A DNA stretch of 64,000 nt, taken from NCBI GenBank assembly GCA_965250285.1, contig OZ252299.1, positions 416,001 through 480,000 of the forward strand, written 5' to 3'. The notes below the pieces were generated by a model. That model was not told the DNA's origin. It saw only the letters and a program-made list of their open reading frames with translations, and searched no databases. The translations under genes were made by a program, and so were the position numbers. This document shows positions 18,892-27,847 of this stretch, in pieces. Source of the stretch: Myxococcota bacterium. Lineage in GTDB: Bacteria > Myxococcota_A > UBA9160 > UBA4427. The first letter of the stretch is position 1. Each line of letters opens with the position of its first letter.

Positions 18892-19317
18892 GGTCGCTCT
18901 TCTTCCTCGTGCGCGGGGGCAGGGGGGCGCTCGGCGACGGCGTCGCCCGGTGGATGGTCGCGGGCCCCGCTCGATCGCCGGCTTGCCTCGCGCGCTGAAA
19001 CGTATTTGAAATCGGCTACTTGTGAGAGCTTTGCGGAGCGTCGGGCGCCGCAAACAGGAGGCGCTGAGTAGCACAGCGACCTCAGTGTTTCCAAGTTGGC
19101 GCCCGCAATCCCGAGCCGAGCACCGTGTTGAATGTTGTCCGGATTCTCGTCGTTCGATGCCAGGGCGCGGCCCAGGCTTCGAGCGTGAAGCTGCGGCGCC
19201 TCTCGGCGCTTCGCGTGATCGGGCCGGCGGTGGAGGAGATTCGCGACCGGGGCTGCGGCCCGGGGCGTCGTCGCTTCACGGGCCTCCGTGGGAGGCCGCT
19301 GGACGCGCCCGCCGCTG

Positions 19318-19352
19318 TACACCTGATGTATGCCCGGTATGCATCGAGTGTC
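19318..19352. promoter_or_regulatory. Candidate tandem enhancer (UAS) sites: TACA-N5-TGTA and TGCA-N5-TGTC, 22 bp apart
   Basis: Two imperfect palindromes two helical turns apart, 70-100 bp upstream of the sigma54 promoter at 19420; similar pair at 22423-22456. Confidence 0.45.
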
Positions 19353-19419
19353 GTTCGCGCGAACCGTTCGCTGCGGGTGGGATTGGCGCAAGTCGCTGAA
19401 TTTGCAGGGTTTTCAAGAG

Positions 19420-19435
19420 TGGCATCTTTCCTGCT
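19420..19435 (+). promoter_or_regulatory. sigma54 (-24/-12) promoter of the acyltransferase gene
   Basis: TGGCATCTTTCCTGCT: GG-N10-GC spacing; GAGGAGG RBS follows. Confidence 0.7.
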
Positions 19436-19469
19436 CTAGTCCTCCCCAACCACCGAGGAGGACCACCCG

Positions 19470-20837
19470 ATGCTCGATTCGATTCGCTCCATGTGGCGCC
19501 AGGCCGATGACCTCGCCGCGCAGGCCCCCGACACGCGCAACCGGGCCGTCGACTTTCTGCGGGCGGCGTCGATCGCCGTCGTCGTGATCGGCCACTGGCT
19601 CGTCGCGGCCCCGTTCGTGCGCGGGGGCGAGGTCGTGCCCGGTCACATGCTCGAGCTCGCGCCCTGGACCCAGTGGCTCACGCTGGTCGTTCAGGTGATG
19701 CCGATCTTCTTCCTGGTCGGGGGCTACTCGAATGCCGTCGCCTGGCAGGCGGCGCGTCGCAAGGGCACGGCCTATGGCCCGTGGCTCGGGGCTCGGATCC
19801 AGCGGCTGATCGCGCCGGTGATGCCGGTGCTCGTCGTCTGGATCGGTGTGTCGGCCATCGCCGTCGCGTGCGGTGTGCCGGCCGAGCAGGTCGGGGTCGC
19901 GACCCAGATGGCGCTGGTGCCGACTTGGTTCCTCGCGGTCTACGTCATGGTCGGGGTGTTCGTTCCCGTCACGCTGGCGGCATGGGAGCGGTTCGGGTTC
20001 GCCTCGGTCGCGGCCGGTGTCGCCGCTGCGGCTGCAGTCGACTTCCTCGTCCTCGAGGCCGGGGTGCGCGGCGTTGGCTACGTGAACTACGCCTTCGTCT
20101 GGCTCACCGTGCATCAGCTCGGTCACGCGTGGCAGGCCGGCGCCATGCGCCGCCCGCTCGTCTGGGCCGGGGCCGGTGCGGCCGGTCTCGTCGCGCTGAT
20201 CGGCTTCGGACCATACCCCCTCGCCATGGTCGGCGTGCCCGGTGAAGCGTTCGGCAACACGTCGCCCCCGACGCTCGCGTTGCTCTTTCTCGGGATCACC
20301 TGGACGGGTCTCGTCCTCGCCATCGAGCCCGCGCTGCGACGGATGCTCGCGCGTCGGCGGGTGTGGACGACGACCGTGCTGATCAACGGACTCATCATGA
20401 CGCTGTATCTGTGGCACATGACCGCGATGCTGGCGGCGCTCGGGATCGCCGTGGCCCTGGGCGGGGTGGGCCTGCACGCGATCCCCGACTCGGCCGAGTG
20501 GTGGGCGCTTCGCCCCGTTTGGATGGGCATCTACCTGGTTGCGCTCGTCCCGCTGATGGTCGGGTTCCTGCGCTTCGAACGGCCTCGCCGCGCCACACAC
20601 GTCGCTTCGAAGCGGCGGCTGCTGACGGGCGCGTCGCTCACGGCTGCCGGCCTCGGTGTGCTGTCGGCAAAGGGCATCGTCAGCGGCGCTGGCGTGCACG
20701 TGGGCCCGAGCCTCATGCCGCTGTTGGGCGGCGCGCTCGCGGGCTTCGGCCCCGTGCGGCGCGTGCTCGTGTGGCTGCGACGCCCGGCGCAGAAGACCGA
20801 TGCGACTTCGGCGACGAAGGACGGTGCTTCGAGCTAG
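19470..20837 (+). CDS. Acyltransferase 3 family membrane protein
   Basis: RNRAVDFLRA...VVIGHW, QVMPIFFLVGG, WFLAVY, MTLYLWH; many TM helices. Confidence 0.85.
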   Translation: MLDSIRSMWRQADDLAAQAPDTRNRAVDFLRAASIAVVVIGHWLVAAPFVRGGEVVPGHMLELAPWTQWLTLVVQVMPIFFLVGGYSNAVAWQAARRKGTAYGPWLGARIQRLIAPVMPVLVVWIGVSAIAVACGVPAEQVGVATQMALVPTWFLAVYVMVGVFVPVTLAAWERFGFASVAAGVAAAAAVDFLVLEAGVRGVGYVNYAFVWLTVHQLGHAWQAGAMRRPLVWAGAGAAGLVALIGFGPYPLAMVGVPGEAFGNTSPPTLALLFLGITWTGLVLAIEPALRRMLARRRVWTTTVLINGLIMTLYLWHMTAMLAALGIAVALGGVGLHAIPDSAEWWALRPVWMGIYLVALVPLMVGFLRFERPRRATHVASKRRLLTGASLTAAGLGVLSAKGIVSGAGVHVGPSLMPLLGGALAGFGPVRRVLVWLRRPAQKTDATSATKDGASS

Positions 20838-22405
20838 TCGCCCGTCAGCATCTCGAGCAAGGCCCGGTCGACCTTGGCCTTGACCGTGCGGCGGTCGAGG
20901 CCGAGCGACCGGGCCGCTGCCTCGTACGAGCCCTGTGAGGCATAGACCCGCGTGACGTACTCGCGGAGCAGGTCGTCGGCCGAGGCCTGGCCCGAGAGGA
21001 TCGATGCGGCGATCGTGGTGCCGCCTTGCTCGATGTTCGCGCCGGCGAGCGGGCCCCTGGGTTCGTAGCGCCCCTGCACCAGCACGCTGCGCACGCACTG
21101 TTCGAGCTCGCGCACGTTGCCGGGCCAGGTGTAGTCGGCCGGGAGCCCACTGTGGATCCAGCGGACGACTTCGTCGACCAGATCGTCGGCGCCTTCTCCA
21201 GCGACGCGGGCCGAGATCACCCGCACGAGGCTCTCGAGCTCGTCGGGCGAGTCTCTGAATCGATCGCGGAGCGTCGGCATGCGAATCACGTCCGCGCACA
21301 GCCGGTAGTACAGGTCTTCGCGGAAGCGTCCGGCCTCGAGCTCGGTGTCGAGGTCGCGGTTCGTGGCTGCGACGATGCGGCCTTCGAAGCGCCGCTCTTC
21401 GACCTCGCCGATGCGCTGGTACACGCGGCTCTGCAGCACGCGCAGCAGCTTCACCTGAATGGCCGCGTCGAGCTCGCCGATCTCGTCGAGGAAGATCGTG
21501 CCATGGGGGCCCGACGATTCGAGCCAGCCGACGCGGTCGGCCATCGCTCCGGTGAATGCGCCCCGTTTGTGGCCGAAGAGCTCCGACTCGATCAGCGCCG
21601 ACGAGAGCGCCGACAGATTCACGGCGTGGTAGATCTTCGTGTAGTCGGCGACGAAGGCCTGCTTGGTCGTGTCGAAGGGGATGTATCGGCTGAGACCGAT
21701 CGCCCGGGCGACGAGCTCCTTGCCGGTCCCCGACTCACCGAGCACGAGGGTCGGGATGTCGGCCATGCGGTCGTAGAGCCGGCGCCGGTACCGATCGACG
21801 TCGTGGGTGAAGATCGATTGCCAAACCGTGCCGCGCAGCTCGGCCATGGCGAGCGAGCCGCCGTAGATCTCCCAGTACACGTGATTGAACGCGCGCCGAA
21901 TCTGAAACCCCCACGCCAGCGTGTGACCTGGGTCGGGACGGGTGGGCAACGTCACCCCGGGCAGGTCGAAGAAGTGATCGCAGTCGGCGACCAGGCGCGA
22001 AAAGAAAGAGAGCTTGTGCGTCGTCGGCTGACCCGCTTCGGCGCGCTCGACGAGCTTGGTCAGCTCTTCTTCGTAGCGATAGAAGAAGAGGTATCGAACG
22101 AAGCCCTCGTAGAGCTCGAGCTGCGCGGGCGTCGCGCGCGCACCGCTGCGGAGCCGCTGCCGGAGATCTTCAGCGAGCTGCTCGGCCAGCTGACGCAGCG
22201 ATCCGAGGTTCGGGTTGATCCCCTGCAGCTCACCATCGGCGCTCCACACGGCGGCATAGGGCACGAAGTCGTCGCCGAGTGCGCGCGCCTCCTGCGTGGT
22301 GCGGTCGGGCAGGAACGGGTTCGAGGTGGCGAGGCGCGAGAGCGCCTCGAGTACCTCGTGCTCTCGGTCGCTGACGAAGGGCGGGGCGGTGTCGCGCTTG
22401 GCCAT
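20834..22405 (-). CDS. sigma54-dependent enhancer-binding protein (AAA+, Fis-type HTH) with an unrecognised N-terminal domain
   Basis: GESGTGKE, ESELFGH..GAFTGA, FLDEIGE, QVKLLRVLQ, FREDLYYRL, WPGNVREL, LGLDRRTV. Confidence 0.93.
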   Translation of the reverse strand: MAKRDTAPPFVSDREHEVLEALSRLATSNPFLPDRTTQEARALGDDFVPYAAVWSADGELQGINPNLGSLRQLAEQLAEDLRQRLRSGARATPAQLELYEGFVRYLFFYRYEEELTKLVERAEAGQPTTHKLSFFSRLVADCDHFFDLPGVTLPTRPDPGHTLAWGFQIRRAFNHVYWEIYGGSLAMAELRGTVWQSIFTHDVDRYRRRLYDRMADIPTLVLGESGTGKELVARAIGLSRYIPFDTTKQAFVADYTKIYHAVNLSALSSALIESELFGHKRGAFTGAMADRVGWLESSGPHGTIFLDEIGELDAAIQVKLLRVLQSRVYQRIGEVEERRFEGRIVAATNRDLDTELEAGRFREDLYYRLCADVIRMPTLRDRFRDSPDELESLVRVISARVAGEGADDLVDEVVRWIHSGLPADYTWPGNVRELEQCVRSVLVQGRYEPRGPLAGANIEQGGTTIAASILSGQASADDLLREYVTRVYASQGSYEAAARSLGLDRRTVKAKVDRALLEMLTGD

Positions 22406-22422
22406 CGAGCACTCCTCGGTCG

Positions 22423-22456
22423 GACATCCAGTGTCGGGTTCTGTTCGTCCAATGTC
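22423..22456. promoter_or_regulatory. Candidate tandem enhancer (UAS) sites: GACA-N5-TGTC and TTCG-N5-TGTC, 21 bp apart
   Basis: One perfect GACA-N5-TGTC palindrome plus a degenerate copy, about 95-125 bp upstream of the sigma54 promoter and next to the activator start. Confidence 0.5.
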
Positions 22457-22547
22457 TGCTCGACCTGAGCTTCGCGGTTCTTCGAGCACACGCAAATCAC
22501 TCCATAGGTTGCTGCCGTGGTTGCGCTTTTCGGGTTTCCCGAGAGTT

Positions 22548-22563
22548 GGGCACGGGTCGTGCT
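22548..22563 (+). promoter_or_regulatory. sigma54 (-24/-12) promoter of the VIT-rhombosortase operon
   Basis: GGGCACGGGTCGTGCT: GGCACG-N4-GTGCT, GG-N10-GC; divergent from the enhancer-binding protein gene. Confidence 0.75.
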
Positions 22564-22608
22564 CTAGAGCCCCTCGAGCCGGGATGAACCCGGCAGAAGG
22601 AGTTCAGC

Positions 22609-24645
22609 ATGACCACCCTGCGCATCGGACTCATCGGGCTCGCGGCGAGTGTCGCGGCCTGGTTCGGGGGCGCCGCTCAGGCGGCCGGCACCCTGACGCC
22701 CAGCGGTTCGCCCCACGCACCGATCGAGATTCGGGACCACCACGTCGAGGTCGTGATCCAGGACGGCTTCGCGCGAACGGCGGTCACCCAGAGCTTCTAC
22801 AACCCGAACGCCGTCGATCTCGAGGGCGTGTACGCGTTTCCGCTGCCGGCCGAGGCGAGCCTCGCCGAGATCACCATCTACGCCGGCGAGCGCGTGCTCG
22901 AGGGTGAGGTGCTGTCCGATGACGAGGCCGATCGCATCTATGGCGAGGAGCGCGACGCCGGCAACGATGCGGGGCTCGGTCGGAAGGAGGGCATCCAGCG
23001 TTTCGAGTTCTACGTGACGCCGATTCGGGCGCAGGACGAGACGCGGATGCGCTTCGTGTACTACGAGCCGCTCGAGATCGACACCGGCGTCGGCCGCTAC
23101 CTGTATCCGCTCGAAGAGGGCGGCACCGACGAGCGTGCGCGGTCGTTCTGGATGACGAACGAGCAGGTCACCCGCGACTTCTCGATCGACGTCGCGCTGC
23201 GCACGAGCGTGCCGATCGCCGAGCTGCGCACGCCGGGCTACGAGGGCGCCGCGCGCATCGAAGCGAAGGGGGAGGGCGAGCACCGGGTTCGCATCGAATC
23301 CCAGGCCGGCGCGCTCGACCGCGACTTCGTGCTCTACTACCGCCTCGCCGATGGTCTGCCGGGTCGCGTCGAGTTGTTGCCCTACAAGCCCGACGCCGAT
23401 GAGCCCGGGCACTTCATGCTCGTGGTGACCCCGGGCGTCGACCTGCAGCCGCTGCGAGACGGGTCGGACTACGTCTTCGTGCTCGACAACTCGGGCAGCA
23501 TGGCGGGCAAGCTCTCGACCTTGACGGCGGGTGTGCGCCAGGCGATCGGCGAGCTCGGGCCGAACGACCGGTTTCGCGTGATCGTGTTCTCGAACGACGC
23601 CCGGGAAGTCGTGGGCTGGACGCCGGCCACGCCGGACCGAGTCGCAGCTGCGCTCGCCCGGGTCGCGTCGATTCGAACCGAGGGCGGCACCAATGTCTAT
23701 TCGGGCCTGAAGCTCGCGCTCGACGACCTCGAGGCGGATCGTGTGACCAGTCTCGTGCTCGTGACCGATGGCGTCACAAACACGGGCGTCGTCGATCCCA
23801 AGGCCTTCCATGCGCTGATGCAGAAGGCCGACGTGCGCGTCTTCGGCTTCTTGATGGGCAACTCGGCCAACTGGCCGCTGATGCGCGTGATCTGTGAGAC
23901 GTCGGGTGGCTACTACACGGGCGTCTCGAATGCAGACGACGTCCTGGGCCAGGTGCTGCTCGCGAAGAGCAAGGTCACGCACGAGGCCCTGCACGACGTC
24001 GAGCTGCACTTCGACGGGGTGCGCGTGACCGACATGACGGGCAAGGCGTACCGCAAGGTCCATCGCGGGGAGCAGCTCGTGCTCTTCGGTCGGTACGAAG
24101 ATGGCGGCGAGCTCGATCTGGCGCTCGACCTGCGGATCTCGGGTGAGGACCAGCGTCTCGAGACCCGGTTCGCGATGCCCGATATGAGCACGGCGTATCC
24201 CGAGGTCGAGCGGCTCTTTGCGCTCGCGCATGTGGACGAGATCGAGTGGCGAACCCAGGCCGGTCTGCTCGACGGCGACGAGGCGGCCACATCGATCGAG
24301 TTCTACGGCACCGAGTATCAGATCGTGACGGACGAGACGTCGATGGTGGTCTTGACCGACGAAGCCTTCGCACGCCACGGGATCGAGCGCCGCAACCAGC
24401 AGCGCACTGCGGTCGAGCACGCCGTGCAGGCGCAGCGCGCCCAGGCCCCGGTGCAGCCCACGCGTGTCGATCGGCACCAGCCGATGTTCGACGCGCCGGC
24501 CCCGCGTCTCGGGTCGGGCTTCTTCGGCCCTGATCACGCGGCGGGCATCGTCGCGCTCTGGTCACTGATCCTGCGCCGCTGGCGGCGTGAAGACGAGGGC
24601 GAAAGCGCGTCCAGGGGCGTGCGCCAAGACAAGGAGGAGGACTGA
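22609..24645 (+). CDS. VIT + vWA domain protein with signal peptide and GlyGly-CTERM-like tail (rhombosortase target)
   Basis: Signal peptide AQA; VIT (EGVYAFPLP); MIDAS DNSGS...T...TDG; tail GSGFFGP-hydrophobic-RRWRR. Confidence 0.88.
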   Translation: MTTLRIGLIGLAASVAAWFGGAAQAAGTLTPSGSPHAPIEIRDHHVEVVIQDGFARTAVTQSFYNPNAVDLEGVYAFPLPAEASLAEITIYAGERVLEGEVLSDDEADRIYGEERDAGNDAGLGRKEGIQRFEFYVTPIRAQDETRMRFVYYEPLEIDTGVGRYLYPLEEGGTDERARSFWMTNEQVTRDFSIDVALRTSVPIAELRTPGYEGAARIEAKGEGEHRVRIESQAGALDRDFVLYYRLADGLPGRVELLPYKPDADEPGHFMLVVTPGVDLQPLRDGSDYVFVLDNSGSMAGKLSTLTAGVRQAIGELGPNDRFRVIVFSNDAREVVGWTPATPDRVAAALARVASIRTEGGTNVYSGLKLALDDLEADRVTSLVLVTDGVTNTGVVDPKAFHALMQKADVRVFGFLMGNSANWPLMRVICETSGGYYTGVSNADDVLGQVLLAKSKVTHEALHDVELHFDGVRVTDMTGKAYRKVHRGEQLVLFGRYEDGGELDLALDLRISGEDQRLETRFAMPDMSTAYPEVERLFALAHVDEIEWRTQAGLLDGDEAATSIEFYGTEYQIVTDETSMVVLTDEAFARHGIERRNQQRTAVEHAVQAQRAQAPVQPTRVDRHQPMFDAPAPRLGSGFFGPDHAAGIVALWSLILRRWRREDEGESASRGVRQDKEED

Positions 24646-25316
24646 TGGGGGCGATCGCGCGGCTTCGGTGGTTCGACGCGCGATCGCGCCGGGAGGGGGT
24701 GACCCCCTCCCGGCCAACCCCGGTCTTCACCCTTGGCCTCTGTCTCGCCGCGATCGCGGCCTACGCACTCGGGCAGGGTTCGGCGTGGGAGTGGTCGCGA
24801 GAGGCGCTCGGGCGAGGCGAGTGGCATCGATTGATGTCGGCGCACCTCGCGCACTGGTCCCTCGAACACCTCGCGTGGGACGTCGGTGCCCTGGCCGTGC
24901 TCGGCGGATGGCTCGAGGGGCGGGGCCGCGCGCGCTACGTGGCGCTCGTTCTCATGGCGGCGCTGGCGATCTCGCTCGGCCTCTCATGGCTCGACCCCTC
25001 GCTGGCCGCGTATCGGGGGCTCTCCGGGGTCGATGCGGCGCTCTTCGTCTCGGTGTGTGGTGCGCTCGCACACGACGCCGTCTCGCGACGCGATCACGGC
25101 GCAGCGGTCGTCGCCGGGGTGCTGCTCCTCGGTTTCGTCGCCAAGATTGCGTTCGAAGCGCACAGCGGTGCTTCGCTCTTCGTCGCCCGCGACCCCGGAC
25201 CGCCCGGGGTCGTGGTCGCTCCGATCGCACACGCCATCGGCGCGGGCGTCGCGCTGGGCTTCGGCGTCCTGTCGGTCGGCGTGCGTCGCGGCTTCGGCGG
25301 TCGGCTGCGGTTCTGA
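24645..25316 (+). CDS. rrtA: Rhombosortase (rhomboid-family intramembrane serine protease)
   Basis: GEWHRL.SAHLAH....HL.WD, YRGLSG (catalytic Ser), AH.IG (catalytic His); ATG overlaps the VIT stop. Confidence 0.88.
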   Translation: MGAIARLRWFDARSRREGVTPSRPTPVFTLGLCLAAIAAYALGQGSAWEWSREALGRGEWHRLMSAHLAHWSLEHLAWDVGALAVLGGWLEGRGRARYVALVLMAALAISLGLSWLDPSLAAYRGLSGVDAALFVSVCGALAHDAVSRRDHGAAVVAGVLLLGFVAKIAFEAHSGASLFVARDPGPPGVVVAPIAHAIGAGVALGFGVLSVGVRRGFGGRLRF

Positions 25317-25595
25317 ATCGCGCGCGCGGCCGAGTCGGCGTGCAGGCGATTCGGTTCAGGCCCGCTTGAAGCCTCGCAGTCTGGCGCGATCGAAAGACCA
25401 CCGGGCCATTGACGACCGGCTCGTGGCAGCAATGTTGAAGTCGGGTGGGGCGACGGAGGGGGCACACACCTGCGCCGGCCGCTGGGCGATGCGTTGGGCC
25501 GCGCGCGGCCGTGACCGCGCGCGCTCCGTGCGGGGCGGTGCGGTCCCCGATTCCGTACCCTCGTTGAGTCGACAGGGGCAGGGGAGGCCGCCGCG

Positions 25596-27842
25596 ATGCA
25601 CCAACGCCGGAGTCGCCGTCGAATTCATGAGCAGCCGGGTCGGGGTGGGCCGGGGTGGATCGGCATCCTCCTCGTCCTCGCGCTCGGCTTCGGCGTGGTC
25701 GCGTGTGGGGAGCAGGGGGAGGCGGGCCCACCGGGCCCCGAAGGCCCCGAAGGTCCACCCGGGCCACCGGGCCCCCCTGGCGATATCGTCGACACCGGGA
25801 CGTCCGTCGAAGCGTGTCTCGGCTGCCATGGCCCGGACGGCGTCTCCCCCGTTCACGACGTCGACGATCTCGATGACGCGCACTACGTCGACCTCGATCC
25901 CGACGGGCCTGCGACCGGCTCCGGGTATCGCCAGCTCGCGATCGAGGTGCTCAGTGTCGACGTGACGGGAAACGACGTCGAGTTCCGGTTTCGCGTCGAG
26001 GACGAAACGGGAGGCGCCGTCGACGACGTCTTCGCGGCCGACGGCCGGTTCGGTCTGGCGCGGCTGCTCGACCCGGCCGGCATCGGTGACCCGACCACGT
26101 GGCAGGCGTTGATCACCTCGGAGCGCTTCACCACGAGCGGCGCCGCGTTTACGCCCGAAGGCGGCGGCGAGTACACCTATCGGTCGGTCTTCGACCCCCA
26201 GAGCCCGGCGGTGCCTGTCGCGACGGGCGACACGTTGCGACTCGCCATTCAGCTCAGCGCATCGGATCTGCCGGCCGGCAACGGAATCTGCGACTTCGAT
26301 GCGAACCTCGCCAGCGCGAACGACTGCGTCAGCGCCGTCTCGCGCACGCGCGACATCGTGCCGACGAGTCAGTGCAACAGCTGCCACGGCGTCACCAGCG
26401 ACTCGAAGCTCGCGTTCCACGGTGGAGGGCGAACGGAGGTCGAGTACTGCGTCGTGTGTCACAACCCCGATCTCGGCGACGCCGACATGACCGTGATGAC
26501 GCACAAGATTCATGCGGGCTCGACGCTCACGAACGGCTATCGGAGCTGGTCGCACGTCAACTACACCCGCGACCTCGCCGACTGCACGACGTGCCACGGC
26601 GGCGGCGGCGCCGACGAGACGAACTGGTACGACGTCCCGACCATGGAGGCATGCGGGGCCTGCCACGACGACGTCGACTTCTCCGACGGCACGAACCATG
26701 GATCGGGCGGCCAGCAGGTCGACAACAGTCTGTGCGCGAACTGCCACCCGCCGCTGATCAACGACACGGGCTCGAAGCTGCCGGTTCGACTCGTTCATCG
26801 GGGGGAGGAGCGCCGGACACGCGCCGCCGAGTTCCGGGGCGGGTCGAACGGCTACGCGATCGAGGATCTCACCTGGGACGACGCGTCCGACGAGCTCACG
26901 GTGCTGTTCTCGGTCACCCAGCTCGGCACACGACTCGACCTCGAATCGGATCCGGCCTTCCCCGCCGCCGGCGGCTCGGGCCGCGTCAACCTGCGCGTGG
27001 CCTGGTCGACCGACGAGTACACCAACGAAGGGAGCGGGAGCAGTCCCGCGCCCGCGCAGCCGCCTGCGTACTCGGGCACCGACTTCAGCGAGGTGACGAA
27101 CATCGGCGGTGAGGTCTACGAGCGGGTGATCCCCGTGCCGGGCGGGGCCTTCGACACGGTGAGCGTCACGATGGATGGCTATCCCGCCACGGATCTCGAT
27201 GACGATGGTCAGTTCGACGATGCGCTGCCGGTCCAAACGGCCTTCGCAGATGTGAACGTCGAGCTGCGCGGCACCGACACGCCGCGCCGCAGCTCGATCG
27301 ACATGGCGAAGTGCAATCTGTGTCACGACGCGGCCGGCGCCGGCCTCGCCTTTCATGGCAACAATCGAACGAGCGAGACCATCTCGTGCGTGTCGTGTCA
27401 CAACGCCGATGCGACCGACATCGCGCAGCGACCGAGCGATCCGTCGACGACACCCGACGGAAAGCGCGAAGAAGCCGTCGACTTCAAGCGGATGATCCAC
27501 CAGATCCATGCGGGAGAGGCGCTCGAGGCGGGGATCGTCGTCTACGGGTTCGGGGGGCGTCCCCACGACTACTCGGACGTCGGTTTCATCGGAAACCTCT
27601 CGAACTGCGAGACGTGTCACGTCGACGCGACGCCGCCCGAGAGTGGCTACGGCGCCGCTGCGGCCTGGGCCGCCGAGGCGACGACGCTCGACACCGGGGC
27701 CGAGGTCACCGACCCCAGTGACGACCTCAACGTCTCGCCGGTCGCGTCAGTCTGCTCGTCCTGTCATGACGACGCGGTCGCGCGGGATCACATGCTGCTC
27801 CACGGCGCCTCGTTCATCGCGCTCGACGAAGACATCCGCTGA
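25596..27842 (+). CDS. OmcA/MtrC-family decaheme outer-surface cytochrome lipoprotein
   Basis: Lipobox VVAC (C37), (GXX)8 collagen-like linker, 10 CXXCH, HGG.R...CVVCHNP, HKIH and DFKRMIHQIH motifs. Confidence 0.88.
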   Translation: MHQRRSRRRIHEQPGRGGPGWIGILLVLALGFGVVACGEQGEAGPPGPEGPEGPPGPPGPPGDIVDTGTSVEACLGCHGPDGVSPVHDVDDLDDAHYVDLDPDGPATGSGYRQLAIEVLSVDVTGNDVEFRFRVEDETGGAVDDVFAADGRFGLARLLDPAGIGDPTTWQALITSERFTTSGAAFTPEGGGEYTYRSVFDPQSPAVPVATGDTLRLAIQLSASDLPAGNGICDFDANLASANDCVSAVSRTRDIVPTSQCNSCHGVTSDSKLAFHGGGRTEVEYCVVCHNPDLGDADMTVMTHKIHAGSTLTNGYRSWSHVNYTRDLADCTTCHGGGGADETNWYDVPTMEACGACHDDVDFSDGTNHGSGGQQVDNSLCANCHPPLINDTGSKLPVRLVHRGEERRTRAAEFRGGSNGYAIEDLTWDDASDELTVLFSVTQLGTRLDLESDPAFPAAGGSGRVNLRVAWSTDEYTNEGSGSSPAPAQPPAYSGTDFSEVTNIGGEVYERVIPVPGGAFDTVSVTMDGYPATDLDDDGQFDDALPVQTAFADVNVELRGTDTPRRSSIDMAKCNLCHDAAGAGLAFHGNNRTSETISCVSCHNADATDIAQRPSDPSTTPDGKREEAVDFKRMIHQIHAGEALEAGIVVYGFGGRPHDYSDVGFIGNLSNCETCHVDATPPESGYGAAAAWAAEATTLDTGAEVTDPSDDLNVSPVASVCSSCHDDAVARDHMLLHGASFIALDEDIR

Positions 27843-27847
27843 GGGAG

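Noticed and set aside
18892..19317. Possible sRNA or small ORF in the long intergenic region (7-bp hairpin at 19281-19297, AT-rich patch near 19000)
   Set aside because: No recognisable RNA family, terminator or coding signal; explainable as divergent promoter DNA
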